A DNA stretch of 64,000 nucleotides from Candidatus Accumulibacter conexus (GCA_017592775.1 JAGFNJ010000005.1:62246-126245); one strand, 5' to 3'. Positions 31,067 through 40,011 are shown, counted from the stretch's first letter. A program made the numbers and translations. The notes: generated from the sequence alone by a model not told the origin.

Positions 31067-31909
31067 TCAGGTGAGAACCTTCCGCTGACGCGCGTCCGCG
31101 CTGCCGAAGATCTGCGGCGTCTGCGGATACGAGGCAGACGGCAGGTTGGCCGGCGTGATGCGGGCATGCCAGTCAGCATAAGTGGCACCGGCAGGCAGCG
31201 CACGCAGGGTCTTCAACGCGTAGTAGGTGAAAGCACCGCAGGGACGGCCGCCAATCCTGGCGTCGTAGCTGAAGTTGTTCGGCCCTTCCTTGCAGCCGGC
31301 GAGCAGCAGGTCACCGGCCATCCGCGACAGCGCACCGGCAAAAGGCGACAGACCCGAAGTGACCTGGACCGTCGTCAGCGGCTGCCCGCTGAAACCGCGC
31401 GGCAACTGGTCGGCAGGCAGCCAGTTGCCCATCGGCATGAAGCGCGGTCGCGGCGCGTCATCGGCATCCGGATCGGCCAGCGCCGCCCGCGTCACCGTCC
31501 CCGAATGGCAGCTGTCAGAAATCAGCAGCAGCCGCACGCCCGCCTTGCGGGCCGCAAACAGGGTATTGATCTCGTCATCGATCAGGGCGCCGCCACCGGT
31601 CTGCAGGTCGTACGGACACAGCGCCTCGTCGAGTCCGTCAACTTCGTCGCCGTTGAGGTCGGGGACATAGGTTCCGTGTCCCGAGAAGGTCATCACGACG
31701 ACGTCGCCACTGACTGCCGAACCGATCAGCGACTGGATGCCACTGACCATCGCTGCCTTGGTGGCCTGGCTGTCGATCAGCTTGCTGACGGTGAAACCGC
31801 GCGTCGCCAGTTCGCCGGCCCAGTCGTTGGCGTCGTTGACGCAGCCATTCAGGTCCATGTGCGTGCCGGGATAGTTGTTGACACCGATGCAAAGCGCGCG
31901 CTTGCTCAT
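31067..31909 (-). CDS. metacaspase-like peptidase C14 family protein
   Basis: 280-aa ORF. ALCIGVNNYPG...LNGCVNDA...VVMTFSGHGT (His) ...LLLISDSCHSGT (Cys). ATG at 31909 is preceded by AGGAGG. Confidence 0.85.
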   Translation of the reverse strand: MSKRALCIGVNNYPGTHMDLNGCVNDANDWAGELATRGFTVSKLIDSQATKAAMVSGIQSLIGSAVSGDVVVMTFSGHGTYVPDLNGDEVDGLDEALCPYDLQTGGGALIDDEINTLFAARKAGVRLLLISDSCHSGTVTRAALADPDADDAPRPRFMPMGNWLPADQLPRGFSGQPLTTVQVTSGLSPFAGALSRMAGDLLLAGCKEGPNNFSYDARIGGRPCGAFTYYALKTLRALPAGATYADWHARITPANLPSASYPQTPQIFGSADARQRKVLT

Positions 31910-32052
31910 GACTGCCTCCTGTGGTCTGATGATTTATCGGGGATTGCGATCTCCAGTGTAGCAAGCGCCCGGCGAATGACAACCCCCACGGCGGCCAAGC
32001 CATGCGCTCACGGCTGCGAAGTCGTCGCGCACGGGGCGGAAAGTCAACAGGC

Positions 32053-32084
32053 AAAAAAAAAAAGCGAGCCCGCCACGAGCTCGC
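32053..32084 (-). terminator. rho-independent terminator downstream of the OmpA-like gene
   Basis: On the minus strand, stem GCGAGC / GCTCGC with a 9-nt loop is followed by a run of 11 T (plus-strand A-run 32053-32063). It lies 24 nt after the stop at 32108. Confidence 0.65.
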
Positions 32085-32107
32085 CGGCACGCCATCAACT
32101 TTGGCGA

Positions 32108-32575
32108 CTACTGCACGCGAATCTCCACCCGCCGGGCTTCCTCGGGGCCGCCACTGCCGATGGTCGACTCGGGGCGACGGAACTTCACGCGCTGCGCCGG
32201 AACACCGCCCGCCACCAGCGCGTCGCGCACCGAAGCGGCGCGCGCCCGCGCGAGATCGGCGTTGTGCTTCGGATCACCCGAAGCATCGTGGAAGCCCGAC
32301 AGGAGGACGATCGCCGCCGGCTTGTCCGCGAGCACCTGCTTCGTCCGCAGCACGACGAGGTTGTCCTCATCGACGAACACTGCCTGATCGACCGAAAAAT
32401 AGACCTTCGCCAGGGGTTCGCCGATCGGCGCGATATCGCTCACTGCGGCAGTCGCCTGCGGCAACCCCGGCGACGGACCAGCGCTGAAGTAAACGGCCGC
32501 GACACAGAGCGCGATACCGCCAACCACCCCCGCCACCACACCCGCTACTTCGTCCTCATCGTCATGCGCCGACAT
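32108..32575 (-). CDS. membrane-anchored OmpA/MotB-like domain protein
   Basis: 155-aa ORF with an acidic N-terminus, one hydrophobic helix (VVAGVVGGIALCVAAVYF), and an OmpA-like C-terminus LSGFHDASGDPKHNADLARARAASVRDALVAGGVPAQRV. Confidence 0.8.
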   Translation of the reverse strand: MSAHDDEDEVAGVVAGVVGGIALCVAAVYFSAGPSPGLPQATAAVSDIAPIGEPLAKVYFSVDQAVFVDEDNLVVLRTKQVLADKPAAIVLLSGFHDASGDPKHNADLARARAASVRDALVAGGVPAQRVKFRRPESTIGSGGPEEARRVEIRVQ

Positions 32576-32779
32576 CTTCGTCTCCCCAGGCAGATTGCTG
32601 GGCCGCTCGCCCAGATCAGGGGGGATTCTACTCCCGATGCGGTCCGGAGAATACCCTTGCGCACGCTCCGGACATCGTCGCAGGACCGCCTCACGCGAGC
32701 AGCGACGACACCGGCCCGCATCCCCGACACCCCGCAGGAGACGGCGACTCGCCCACCACGCGCGCTGCGGCGCGAGCGA

Positions 32780-33079
32780 TCAATCCGGAACCAGGTCGCG
32801 ATAGTGACGCAACTGCACGAAGCGGGCGACCTCGTCGATCTCCTCCTCGGTCCAGCGCAGCGACGCCATCGCCTGCCAGCGGCGAATCTCGGCGAGCAGG
32901 CTGCGCCAGTCGGTGACCAGCCGCCGGTCGCGCCAATGCACCTCGCGATCGTGACAGGCGATGCAATGCGTCGCATACAGGAGTTCACCGCGTGCCGGCG
33001 CCCTCACCTCATCGGCCGCAACCGCAGGCGGCCTGGCAAGGACGGCCAGAAGGACGGCGACCGTCAGTCTCGGCAACAT
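32780..33079 (-). CDS. small secreted c-type cytochrome-like protein
   Basis: Signal-like MLPRLTVAVLLAVLARPPAVAA, then a single CXXCH motif (CIACH). ATG at 33079 is preceded by GGAG. Confidence 0.6.
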   Translation of the reverse strand: MLPRLTVAVLLAVLARPPAVAADEVRAPARGELLYATHCIACHDREVHWRDRRLVTDWRSLLAEIRRWQAMASLRWTEEEIDEVARFVQLRHYRDLVPD

Positions 33080-33130
33080 CGACTTCTCCGGCGGTGACCA
33101 CAACCCGAGCGCACTGGCTTCACCACGGGC

Positions 33131-33667
33131 CTAGTCGATCGGCACCTGCCTGCCCTTGCCTGCAGGCGCCTTCGGCAATGTGACCTCGAGCACGCCATCC
33201 TTGAAGGCCGCCCTGGCCGCCTCGGCATCTACTTCGGCGGGCAGCGACAGCGAGCGCGAGAACGAGTTCGAGCGGATCTCGCGACGGCGATAGTCGCCCT
33301 TCTCATCGACCTCCTCCTGCCTGCTCTGCGCCTGGATCGTGATCGCATCGGCGGTCAGCGAGATCGAGATCTCGTCCTTGCTCACCCCGGGCAGCTCGGC
33401 CCGCACCAAGACCTCGTTCTCGCGATCGATCAGGTCGACTGCCGGCGCACGAAAACTCGGGCCCTCGAACCACGTCGGCCATTCCCGTTCGAAAGGCCGC
33501 ATCCAGCGGCCAGGCGAAAAGCCGGAGAACATCCGGTCCATCATCCGCTCCATCTGTTCGAAGCGCTCTTCAAAACCCCTGAACGGCGTCACACCTCCGT
33601 GTTGAACGGCCAACGACTTGCCGCCCTGCTCTTCCCGGACCTCTGCTTCACCTGCCTTGTCGTTCAT
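33131..33667 (-). CDS. Hsp20/alpha-crystallin family small heat-shock protein
   Basis: The alpha-crystallin domain PAVDLIDRENEVLVRAELPGVSKDEISI...FSRSLSLPAEVDAEAARAAFKDGVLEVTLPK is present. ATG at 33667 is preceded by AAGGAGAG. Confidence 0.85.
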   Translation of the reverse strand: MNDKAGEAEVREEQGGKSLAVQHGGVTPFRGFEERFEQMERMMDRMFSGFSPGRWMRPFEREWPTWFEGPSFRAPAVDLIDRENEVLVRAELPGVSKDEISISLTADAITIQAQSRQEEVDEKGDYRRREIRSNSFSRSLSLPAEVDAEAARAAFKDGVLEVTLPKAPAGKGRQVPID

Positions 33668-33934
33668 GACTCTCTCCTTGACAGAATGTGCTTCCGCGTC
33701 GGCGCCGATGGCGGCTGACAGCGAGCGCGCCGATGCCACCGCCGACAAGCCGGGGAAGCATTCAACCAGAGCATCATCACCCTCATCGCGCGCGGCTGGG
33801 CGGCACGGGGCGGCACGAATTGCGCCGCAACCCAACCGCGCTTACCATACCCAACATAGTCACTGCCGGGCAGAAATCAAGGTCTTTCGCGCCCGCACCC
33901 CGGCGACCCGGCGAATGATCGGTAGGGAGAAATC

Positions 33935-34294
33935 ATGGCAAGCAGCCACACTCAAGCCACGCGCGAGCCGCCGCGCAGCGAGATCGACGCCTGCGCGGGA
34001 CCGTTGCTGATCGAGTTCGGTGCCCGCTGGTGCGGGCACTGCCAGGCCCTGCAGGCGCCGCTCGCCGCAGCACTGGCAGCGTACCCGGCGATCCACCATC
34101 TGCAAATCGAGGACGGTCCGGGCCGCCCGCTCGGCCGTTCGTTCGCGGTCCGCCTGTGGCCGACCCTGGTCTTCCTCCACCAAGGGAAGGAAATCATCCG
34201 CCTGGTGCGGCCAGCGGCTGCCGAGACGATCGAGCAGGCGCTGGCGGCACTCCACCTCCGGTCGGCCAACCCGCACTGCCAGGATCTGGCCTAG
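33935..34294 (+). CDS. thioredoxin family protein
   Basis: 119-aa ORF with a WCGHC active-site motif and cis-Pro context (LWPTLVF). ATG is preceded by GGGAGA. Confidence 0.8.
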   Translation: MASSHTQATREPPRSEIDACAGPLLIEFGARWCGHCQALQAPLAAALAAYPAIHHLQIEDGPGRPLGRSFAVRLWPTLVFLHQGKEIIRLVRPAAAETIEQALAALHLRSANPHCQDLA

Positions 34295-34311
34295 CCGGAC
34301 GCGCTGCTGCC

Positions 34312-34830
34312 ATGCCCGCCCTGCTGCGCGCGGTCCGCGCCGACATCACCACCCTGCAGGTCGACGCGGTCGTCAACGCCGCCAACACGTCGCTGCTCGG
34401 CGGCGGCGGAGTCGACGGCGCCATCCACCGTGCCGCCGGACCCGACCTGATGCAGGCATGTCGGCTGCTCGGCGGCTGCCCGACCGGCGACGCGCGCATC
34501 ACCCGCGGCTATCGCCTGCCGGCCCGCTATGTCATCCATGCCGTTGGTCCGGTCTGGCGGGGCGGCTGCAGTGGCGAGGCCGAGCTGCTGGCTTCGTGCT
34601 ACCGTCGCCTGCTCGCGCTGGCGGCGGCGCACGAGGTAGGAAGCCTGGCGATTCCGAGCATCAGCACCGGCATCTACGGGTACCCGATCGCCCAGGCGGC
34701 CGGCATCGCGGTGAGCACGGTGCAGGCAGCCCTCCCCGCTGCCGCCCTGCTGCGCGAAGTGATCTTCTGCTGCTTCTCGGCGGGCGACCTCGCCGTCTAT
34801 GAGAACCTGCTCGCCGACAACGGCGCCTGA
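34312..34830 (+). CDS. macro domain protein (O-acetyl-ADP-ribose deacetylase, YmdB-like)
   Basis: Motifs [33 protein letters not shown] and [16 protein letters not shown] at 34312. Confidence 0.88.
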   Translation: MPALLRAVRADITTLQVDAVVNAANTSLLGGGGVDGAIHRAAGPDLMQACRLLGGCPTGDARITRGYRLPARYVIHAVGPVWRGGCSGEAELLASCYRRLLALAAAHEVGSLAIPSISTGIYGYPIAQAAGIAVSTVQAALPAAALLREVIFCCFSAGDLAVYENLLADNGA

Positions 34831-35232
34831 GAGCCAACCAGCGCCCGGCTGCCAGTCCGACAGCGCCAGACCCGGAACGAACACCTTGCCAAGGCGACCG
34901 ACCGCGCACCACAATGGCAATGTGGCCGGCAGTGGATCGATGATCGCCGCCAGTCGATGAGCATGGGGCATCACAGCAAGCGAGCCGACAGGGCTGCGGT
35001 CATCACGATCGAGCAGTGTTCGGACAGGGTTGGACCACGGTTGCCGGCACGGCCGGCGGCAAATGACGAAGGAGCACGGCAGGATGCAACCACACAGCCA
35101 GTCGGGCCAGGGCACGAGCAGGGCGTCCACCGCCACCGGCCGGGATCGGCGAGCGCGCCAGGCATGCGCCGCCGGCGTCGGCTGCCGCGGCAGGCAACCC
35201 GCGTGCTGCGCTGACCCAGTGCAGACGGATCG

Positions 35233-35889
35233 ATGAGCGGCGCGAGCGAGGCGCCTGCGTCGTCGCCACCGACCGCCGCCACACCCTTCGACGAGCGCGC
35301 AGCGACCTGGGATGCGGACCCGGCGAAAGTCGCCCGCGCGCTCGCCGTCGCCGCGGCGATCCGCAGCCGGGTGCCGACCGATCGAGCCATGCGCGTTCTC
35401 GAGTATGGCTGTGGTACGGGCCTGCTGGGCTTCGCCCTGCAGCCGCACTGCGGCTGCATCACCCTGGCCGACAGTTCGTCCGGAATGCTCGCCACGCTGC
35501 AGGGCAAGATCGCGGCGTCGGGCGCCAGCAATCTGCAGGCGCTGCAACTGGACCTCGTCAGCGATCCGTTGCCAACCGAACGCTACGACCTCATCTGCTC
35601 GCTGATGACCTTTCACCACATTGCCGACACCGCCAGGCTGCTGCGCGACCTGTACACCCTCCTCGACTCACCCGGCCATCTCTGCGTCGCCGACCTCGAC
35701 GCCGAGGATGGCTCGTTCCACGAACCGGGCTTCACCGGCCACCAGGGTTTCGCGCGCGCCGCCCTCGCCGGCGAAGCGCAGGAAGCCGGCTTTCACGACA
35801 TCGGCTTCAGCACCGTTTTCCACATCTCGAAGCCCGACAGTGCCGGCCAGACCGACTTCCCGATCTTCCTCATGGTGGCCCGCAAGTGA
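35233..35889 (+). CDS. class I SAM-dependent methyltransferase
   Basis: Motif I VLEYGCGTGLLG. The post-I and II regions are consistent with a Methyltransf_11/12-type fold. Confidence 0.8.
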   Translation: MSGASEAPASSPPTAATPFDERAATWDADPAKVARALAVAAAIRSRVPTDRAMRVLEYGCGTGLLGFALQPHCGCITLADSSSGMLATLQGKIAASGASNLQALQLDLVSDPLPTERYDLICSLMTFHHIADTARLLRDLYTLLDSPGHLCVADLDAEDGSFHEPGFTGHQGFARAALAGEAQEAGFHDIGFSTVFHISKPDSAGQTDFPIFLMVARK

Positions 35890-35928
35890 CCGCCGGCCTG
35901 GACGGTCGAGGCTGATCGCCGCATCGCG

Positions 35929-36810
35929 ATGCGTACCCCCTGGCGCTGCGAGCGGCTGCCGATCAACGGCCTCACCTACCATGTCCGCCACTGGGGACCG
36001 CCCGACGCGCCGCTGCTGCTGATGCTGCACGGCTGGATGGATTCGTCGCCGAGCTTCCAGTTCACCGTCGATGCGCTCCGCCAGTCGTGGCACGTGCTGG
36101 CGCCGGACTGGCGCGGCTACGGGCAAAGCGAGTGGCTGCACCGACGCTACTGGTTCGCTGACTACTACGCCGACCTCGAGGCGTTGCTCGACCACTACAG
36201 CCCCGACGCGCCCGTGCGCATCGTCGGGCACAGCATGGGCGGCGCGGTGGCGAGCATCTATGGCGGCGTCCGTCCGGAACGAATCGCCGGCCTGGTGATG
36301 GTCGATTTCCTGGGCCTGCCGACCAACGAAGCGGACGAGGCGCCGGCCCGCATCCGCCAATGGCTCGACCACCGGCGCGCACCACCGCTGATGCGCACCT
36401 ATGTCAGCCACGAGCAACTGGCGGCGCGCCTGCTGCAGTTCAACCGCCGCTTGCTGCCCGAACGGGCGCTGTTCCTCGCCACGCACTGCATCAGCGACCG
36501 GCCCGATGGCCGGCTGGTGGTCGCCTGCGACCCGTGGCACAAGGTTCCTTCGCCCTATCTCTACCATGCCGGCGACGTGATGGCCTGCTGGCGCGCGATG
36601 ACTGCCCCGGTACTGCTGGTGACGGCCGACGAAGGCTACGTGCTGCAGCGATTCGGCAGGCAGCCCGGCGAGCTGCGGCGGCGAATGGACTGCTTCGTCA
36701 ACGGCAAGCAGGTGCACATCGACGACTGCGGCCACAACGTCCAGCACGACCGGCCGGAAAGGCTCGCCGAGCTGGTCGAGTCGTTCTTCGGCCCCGCGCG
36801 TGCGGAATGA
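35929..36810 (+). CDS. alpha/beta hydrolase fold protein
   Basis: HG oxyanion motif LLLMLHGWMDS, nucleophile elbow GHSMGG, and C-terminal DDCGHNVQHDRPE (His of the triad). Confidence 0.8.
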   Translation: MRTPWRCERLPINGLTYHVRHWGPPDAPLLLMLHGWMDSSPSFQFTVDALRQSWHVLAPDWRGYGQSEWLHRRYWFADYYADLEALLDHYSPDAPVRIVGHSMGGAVASIYGGVRPERIAGLVMVDFLGLPTNEADEAPARIRQWLDHRRAPPLMRTYVSHEQLAARLLQFNRRLLPERALFLATHCISDRPDGRLVVACDPWHKVPSPYLYHAGDVMACWRAMTAPVLLVTADEGYVLQRFGRQPGELRRRMDCFVNGKQVHIDDCGHNVQHDRPERLAELVESFFGPARAE

Positions 36811-37008
36811 ACGGCCGCCCGCCGGCAGATGCGGCGGCGGCCGATTGCCAGCCCCCGCGCTTCGCTGCCGCGCTCCAGCGGCACGGCCATGGCGCCGGTG
36901 ACCTGACCGGCCCGCCGGCCGCGAGCACCTGCAGGAAGCCCAGTGCTGCCGGCAAGGTCGGCAGGCGGGGCGATCGACGACGCCGCGCCCCGCACCCCGC
37001 ACGACGCG

Positions 37009-37563
37009 TCAGAGGGCCGGATACTTGGCCGGATCGAACATCTTCTCGAGCGCCTTTCCGAGTTCCGGTACGCTCAGTTTCTCATCGTAGATGCCAGCGC
37101 TCACCTGGATACCGGTGGTGAAGGACATGTCCGCCGCCAGGGCATAGGAGAGCTTGCGCGACAGCTTGCCCGCTCCCGGCTTCTGCCATGCGTACTCGAC
37201 CCAGCCGCCACGCGGTTCGCTGCCCACCTTGCAGAGCTCGCGGAAGATGAACTTGCCCGAATTGTCGGTGATCTGCATGATCGGCTGACCCACCAGGTCG
37301 GGCCGCAGGGGATGTGCCATCATCCTGTTCCGGCGACAGTCATAGACAAAGACGTAGCTGTCCTTCCACACCCATTTGCCGTCCTTGTTGTTGAACTCGG
37401 CATAGCCCGCCGAGCCCTTGTCGTGCAGGAACCTGGCGGCCGCCCGGACGTTGTTGACGGCCTCTTCTGCCGTTGCGGCATCGGCGTCTGCAGCCGTCGC
37501 CGAGGGGAGAAAACCACATGCGGCCAACACCGCGACCAAACCGATCACTTTCCCGTTTCTCAT
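37009..37563 (-). CDS. periplasmic single-Cache (sCache_2-like) domain protein
   Basis: Signal peptide MRNGKVIGLVAVLAACGF, followed by GKWVWKDSYVFVYD...MAHP...GGWVEYAW, which is typical of Cache_2. No transmembrane or output domain follows. Confidence 0.6.
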   Translation of the reverse strand: MRNGKVIGLVAVLAACGFLPSATAADADAATAEEAVNNVRAAARFLHDKGSAGYAEFNNKDGKWVWKDSYVFVYDCRRNRMMAHPLRPDLVGQPIMQITDNSGKFIFRELCKVGSEPRGGWVEYAWQKPGAGKLSRKLSYALAADMSFTTGIQVSAGIYDEKLSVPELGKALEKMFDPAKYPAL

Positions 37564-37655
37564 AGCATCTTGCTCCTTCAGAACTTTCTCACTGGTGCCG
37601 GCAAGACCGCCTCTCGCCGACGATCGTGGCGCTGCGGCTGCCGACCGGACGGACC

Positions 37656-38219
37656 CTAGGCGATCCATGGCCGGCCAACCGGCAGGATGTCACGACCGAA
37701 GACGTCGGCATAGATGATGTGGGCCATGATGTACCAGGCCATTGCCGCCGTGACCATCAACTCGTAGCCGGCAACGACGGTCAGTTCCGGAAAGCCGAAA
37801 TGCGCCAGATCGAGCAGGATGAAACCGATCAGCAACAGCGTGAACGTCAGGGCCAGAGCGCCGTGAATGCGCATTGAGCCGATCCAGAGGATGAAAGTGA
37901 ACAGCGTCCAGGCGATCAGGAACCAGCCGACATCGGTCTTGCTCGAAGTGTAGAGGTCGTAGTGGTTGCCGATCAGCAGCAGAGCCAAAGCGATCCAGAA
38001 ACAGCCGTAGGCGGTGAACGCGCAATAGCCGAAGTTGTTGCCGGTCTTCATCTCCTGCAAGCCAGCGATCATCTGCGCCAAGCCGCCAAAGATCAGCCCC
38101 AGCCAGACGACGGGGCCCAGCCCCATCCAGCCGACGTTGTGGAACTGCAATACCATCGTCGTCAACCCAAAACCGGCCAGACCGACAACTGCCGGATTCC
38201 CCAGCTTCTGCTCCGCCAT
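37656..38219 (-). CDS. satP: acetate/succinate uptake transporter, GPR1/FUN34/YaaH (SatP) family
   Basis: NPAVVGLAGFGLTTMVLQ...GGLAQMIAGLQEMKTGNNFGYCAFTAYGCFW, a six-helix pattern. ATG at 38219. Confidence 0.85.
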   Translation of the reverse strand: MAEQKLGNPAVVGLAGFGLTTMVLQFHNVGWMGLGPVVWLGLIFGGLAQMIAGLQEMKTGNNFGYCAFTAYGCFWIALALLLIGNHYDLYTSSKTDVGWFLIAWTLFTFILWIGSMRIHGALALTFTLLLIGFILLDLAHFGFPELTVVAGYELMVTAAMAWYIMAHIIYADVFGRDILPVGRPWIA

Positions 38220-38715
38220 CACTACCCCCTGTGAACAAGAAAAACGAACGGTTGCGCCAGCAACACGCAACCGCGAGGAATGCGGGTTTGCTCGCCCCGT
38301 TCGACGCCTGCGCCCCCAGCAAGGTGCTGATGATACCATTACATTGGCATCACCAGCAAACCGGAAACCCTGCGGACAGAAGCAAAACCACATCTCCGGC
38401 AGTCGTTAATCGCGTGCCGTCAGCGACTTGTGAATTGCGTTTGTCCGCCAACTATTACGGGCGCGTAGGCATCCTGACTGGCCGCGCAAGGGCTCGCCCG
38501 ACGGCCGGCCAGCGGTCCTGGAAGGTGCTCGCGAGGACTGCTCGCCGGGCCCCGGGGGAGCGCCGTGCGTGCCGGCCCGCTTGCGCCGACGTCCGATTGC
38601 GGTCCCAGCACGCGTTGCTGGGCACTTCCGTTCCGCCGCCTGGCGGCGGCGTTGGCATCCTGCTTGCAGCCGCCCTCGCAGGCAGGCACGGATCCCGGTC
38701 AGCGACGGCCCTTGC

Positions 38716-39342
38716 ATGCGCGCCATCGCGTCGCAGGCGGAAGTCAGCGGACGCCCGCTGCCGCGACTCGGCGAACTCGGGCGCGCCCGCTTGCGGCTGC
38801 TGGCACTGGCGGCAACCGTCGCTCCCTGGCTGGTGCGCAGCCTGAAAGCGCGGTCGGCAATGCATTGCCCGTGGGGAATCGACCGCTACGACGGCAGCCA
38901 TCCCTTTCTCCGCCTCCTCGATGCCATGCCGGCCGGCTGGCAGGCCGGCCACTGCTTCCCGGCTGGCCATGCCAGTGCCGGCATGTGGCTGGCGGCACTC
39001 GCCGTGCTCTGGCTGCCCCACTCGCCACGCAAGGCGCTGCTGGCCTACGCTGGCGGCGCCGGGGTCGGCATGCTGCTGGGCTGGGTACAGCAGATGCGTG
39101 GCCAGCATTTCCTCACGCACACGCTGTGGACGGCGTGGCTGACGACCGCGGTTCTCGTCGTGCTTCTGGCCCTCTTCTCGCGCCACTTGCTGTCATCGGC
39201 GCCGGCAGCGCCGGCACTCGACGAGCGCGCCGTGTGTCAGCACTTGGCACCGGCGGCACAACCGGTCGCCACGCCACCGCTCACCGGCGCCAGCGGCCGG
39301 CCCTCCGACGCCCAGGCACGAATCCCGTCGCGGACGTTATAG
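38716..39342 (+). CDS. PAP2-superfamily phosphatase-like protein, possibly N-terminally truncated
   Basis: The motifs SLKARSAMHCPW...GHCFPAGHASAG...QMRGQHFLTHTLW match the KX6RP / PSGH / SRX5HX3D-like PAP2 pattern. The frame upstream of about 38716 is Arg-rich and non-hydrophobic, whereas N-terminal TM helices would be expected. Confidence 0.5.
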   Translation: MRAIASQAEVSGRPLPRLGELGRARLRLLALAATVAPWLVRSLKARSAMHCPWGIDRYDGSHPFLRLLDAMPAGWQAGHCFPAGHASAGMWLAALAVLWLPHSPRKALLAYAGGAGVGMLLGWVQQMRGQHFLTHTLWTAWLTTAVLVVLLALFSRHLLSSAPAAPALDERAVCQHLAPAAQPVATPPLTGASGRPSDAQARIPSRTL

Positions 39343-39686
39343 ACCGTCCGGTAACCGGCCTGCTGCGACAGCAACTGGCTTGCCGCCCGCGTCCGGTTGC
39401 CACTGCGGCAGATGACGATCACCGGCTCGTTCGCCTTGGCCACCCCCTGTACCTGCTGCAGCCAGGCCGGCGGGTCGGCGCGGCCACGCTCGTCGAAGAG
39501 GGTCAGCAGCCTGCTGTTCGGCACGACCCCGGTCTCCTGCCACTCGCCGGCAGTGCGGATGTCGACCACCGGCACCCCGGCAGCCAGCAGTCGTGCCAGT
39601 TCGGCGTTGCCGATGTCCACCACCTCGGCGCGCAGCAGCAACGGAAAGGTCAGCGCCAGAAAAGGGAAAAGAAGCTTGCCGAGCAT
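39237..39686 (-). CDS. rhodanese-like domain protein (secreted)
   Basis: Signal-like MLGKLLFPFLALTFPLLLRA and an active-site loop VIVICRSGNRT. ATG at 39686. Confidence 0.8.
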   Translation of the reverse strand: MLGKLLFPFLALTFPLLLRAEVVDIGNAELARLLAAGVPVVDIRTAGEWQETGVVPNSRLLTLFDERGRADPPAWLQQVQGVAKANEPVIVICRSGNRTRAASQLLSQQAGYRTVYNVRDGIRAWASEGRPLAPVSGGVATGCAAGAKC

Positions 39687-40011
39687 GATCGATCCTCCAG
39701 AAAGACGCACCGCCTCATCTTACACGCCTGCGCCGCCTGCTGCCTGCTGCCCCTGCCTGCCGCGGTCGGTTCGCGCGGCCGGCGCGCAACTGCCGGCAAT
39801 CCAGGACATGGCCATAAAACGTGCCAAGTCGGAGCGAAGGCTGCCCCTTGCCCAAAAAGCACCCGTAAACCAGCCGTACAGAGACCTCCCGCGAGCCGGC
39901 GCAAGCTTGAAAGATAGCCCTTTTCAGCGTCGCGGCAGCGCGCTACCATGGACGCCTCTGCGGTCAGCGGTCCTTGTCCCAATTGCCCAGCGACGAAAGG
40001 ATACCCCAGTC

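Noticed and set aside
19108-32107. The possibility that the caspase/CHAT island is a recognisable mobile element such as an integrative island, prophage or transposon.
   Set aside because: I saw no integrase, transposase, tRNA gene or flanking direct repeats in or next to it, and its composition looks host-like by eye. Horizontal origin cannot be excluded without compositional or comparative analysis.
32108-32575. The OmpA/MotB-like membrane protein as a seventh component of the caspase island.
   Set aside because: It is separated from the metacaspase gene by a strong hairpin plus T11 terminator and a ~200-bp gap. OmpA-like genes are also common housekeeping genes. It is kept as a flanking gene only.
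34831-35232. A 400-bp gap between the macro-domain gene and the methyltransferase gene. It is covered only by the 442-aa minus-strand ORF 34291-35619 and short plus-strand ORFs.
   Set aside because: No frame shows a recognisable motif or plausible composition, and I saw no RNA-gene signature. It is left unannotated and could hold a degraded gene or a regulatory region.
39901-39910. Additional AAGCTT-containing near-matches to the cas-associated palindrome. These are GCAAGCTTGA at 39901-39910, upstream of the GltD-like gene, and GCAAGCTTCC at 4227-4236, at the glgA start. AAGCTT also occurs inside coding regions near 39672, 42371 and 50467.
   Set aside because: They are not full palindromes and not linked to cas genes, so they are treated as background. 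They do mean the motif count should be verified computationally.
38231-39917. Alternative plus-strand frames (38231-38845 and 38565-39917), considered as the missing N-terminus of the PAP2-like gene.
   Set aside because: Neither frame encodes hydrophobic helices or PAP2-like sequence. Both look like GC-driven open frames.
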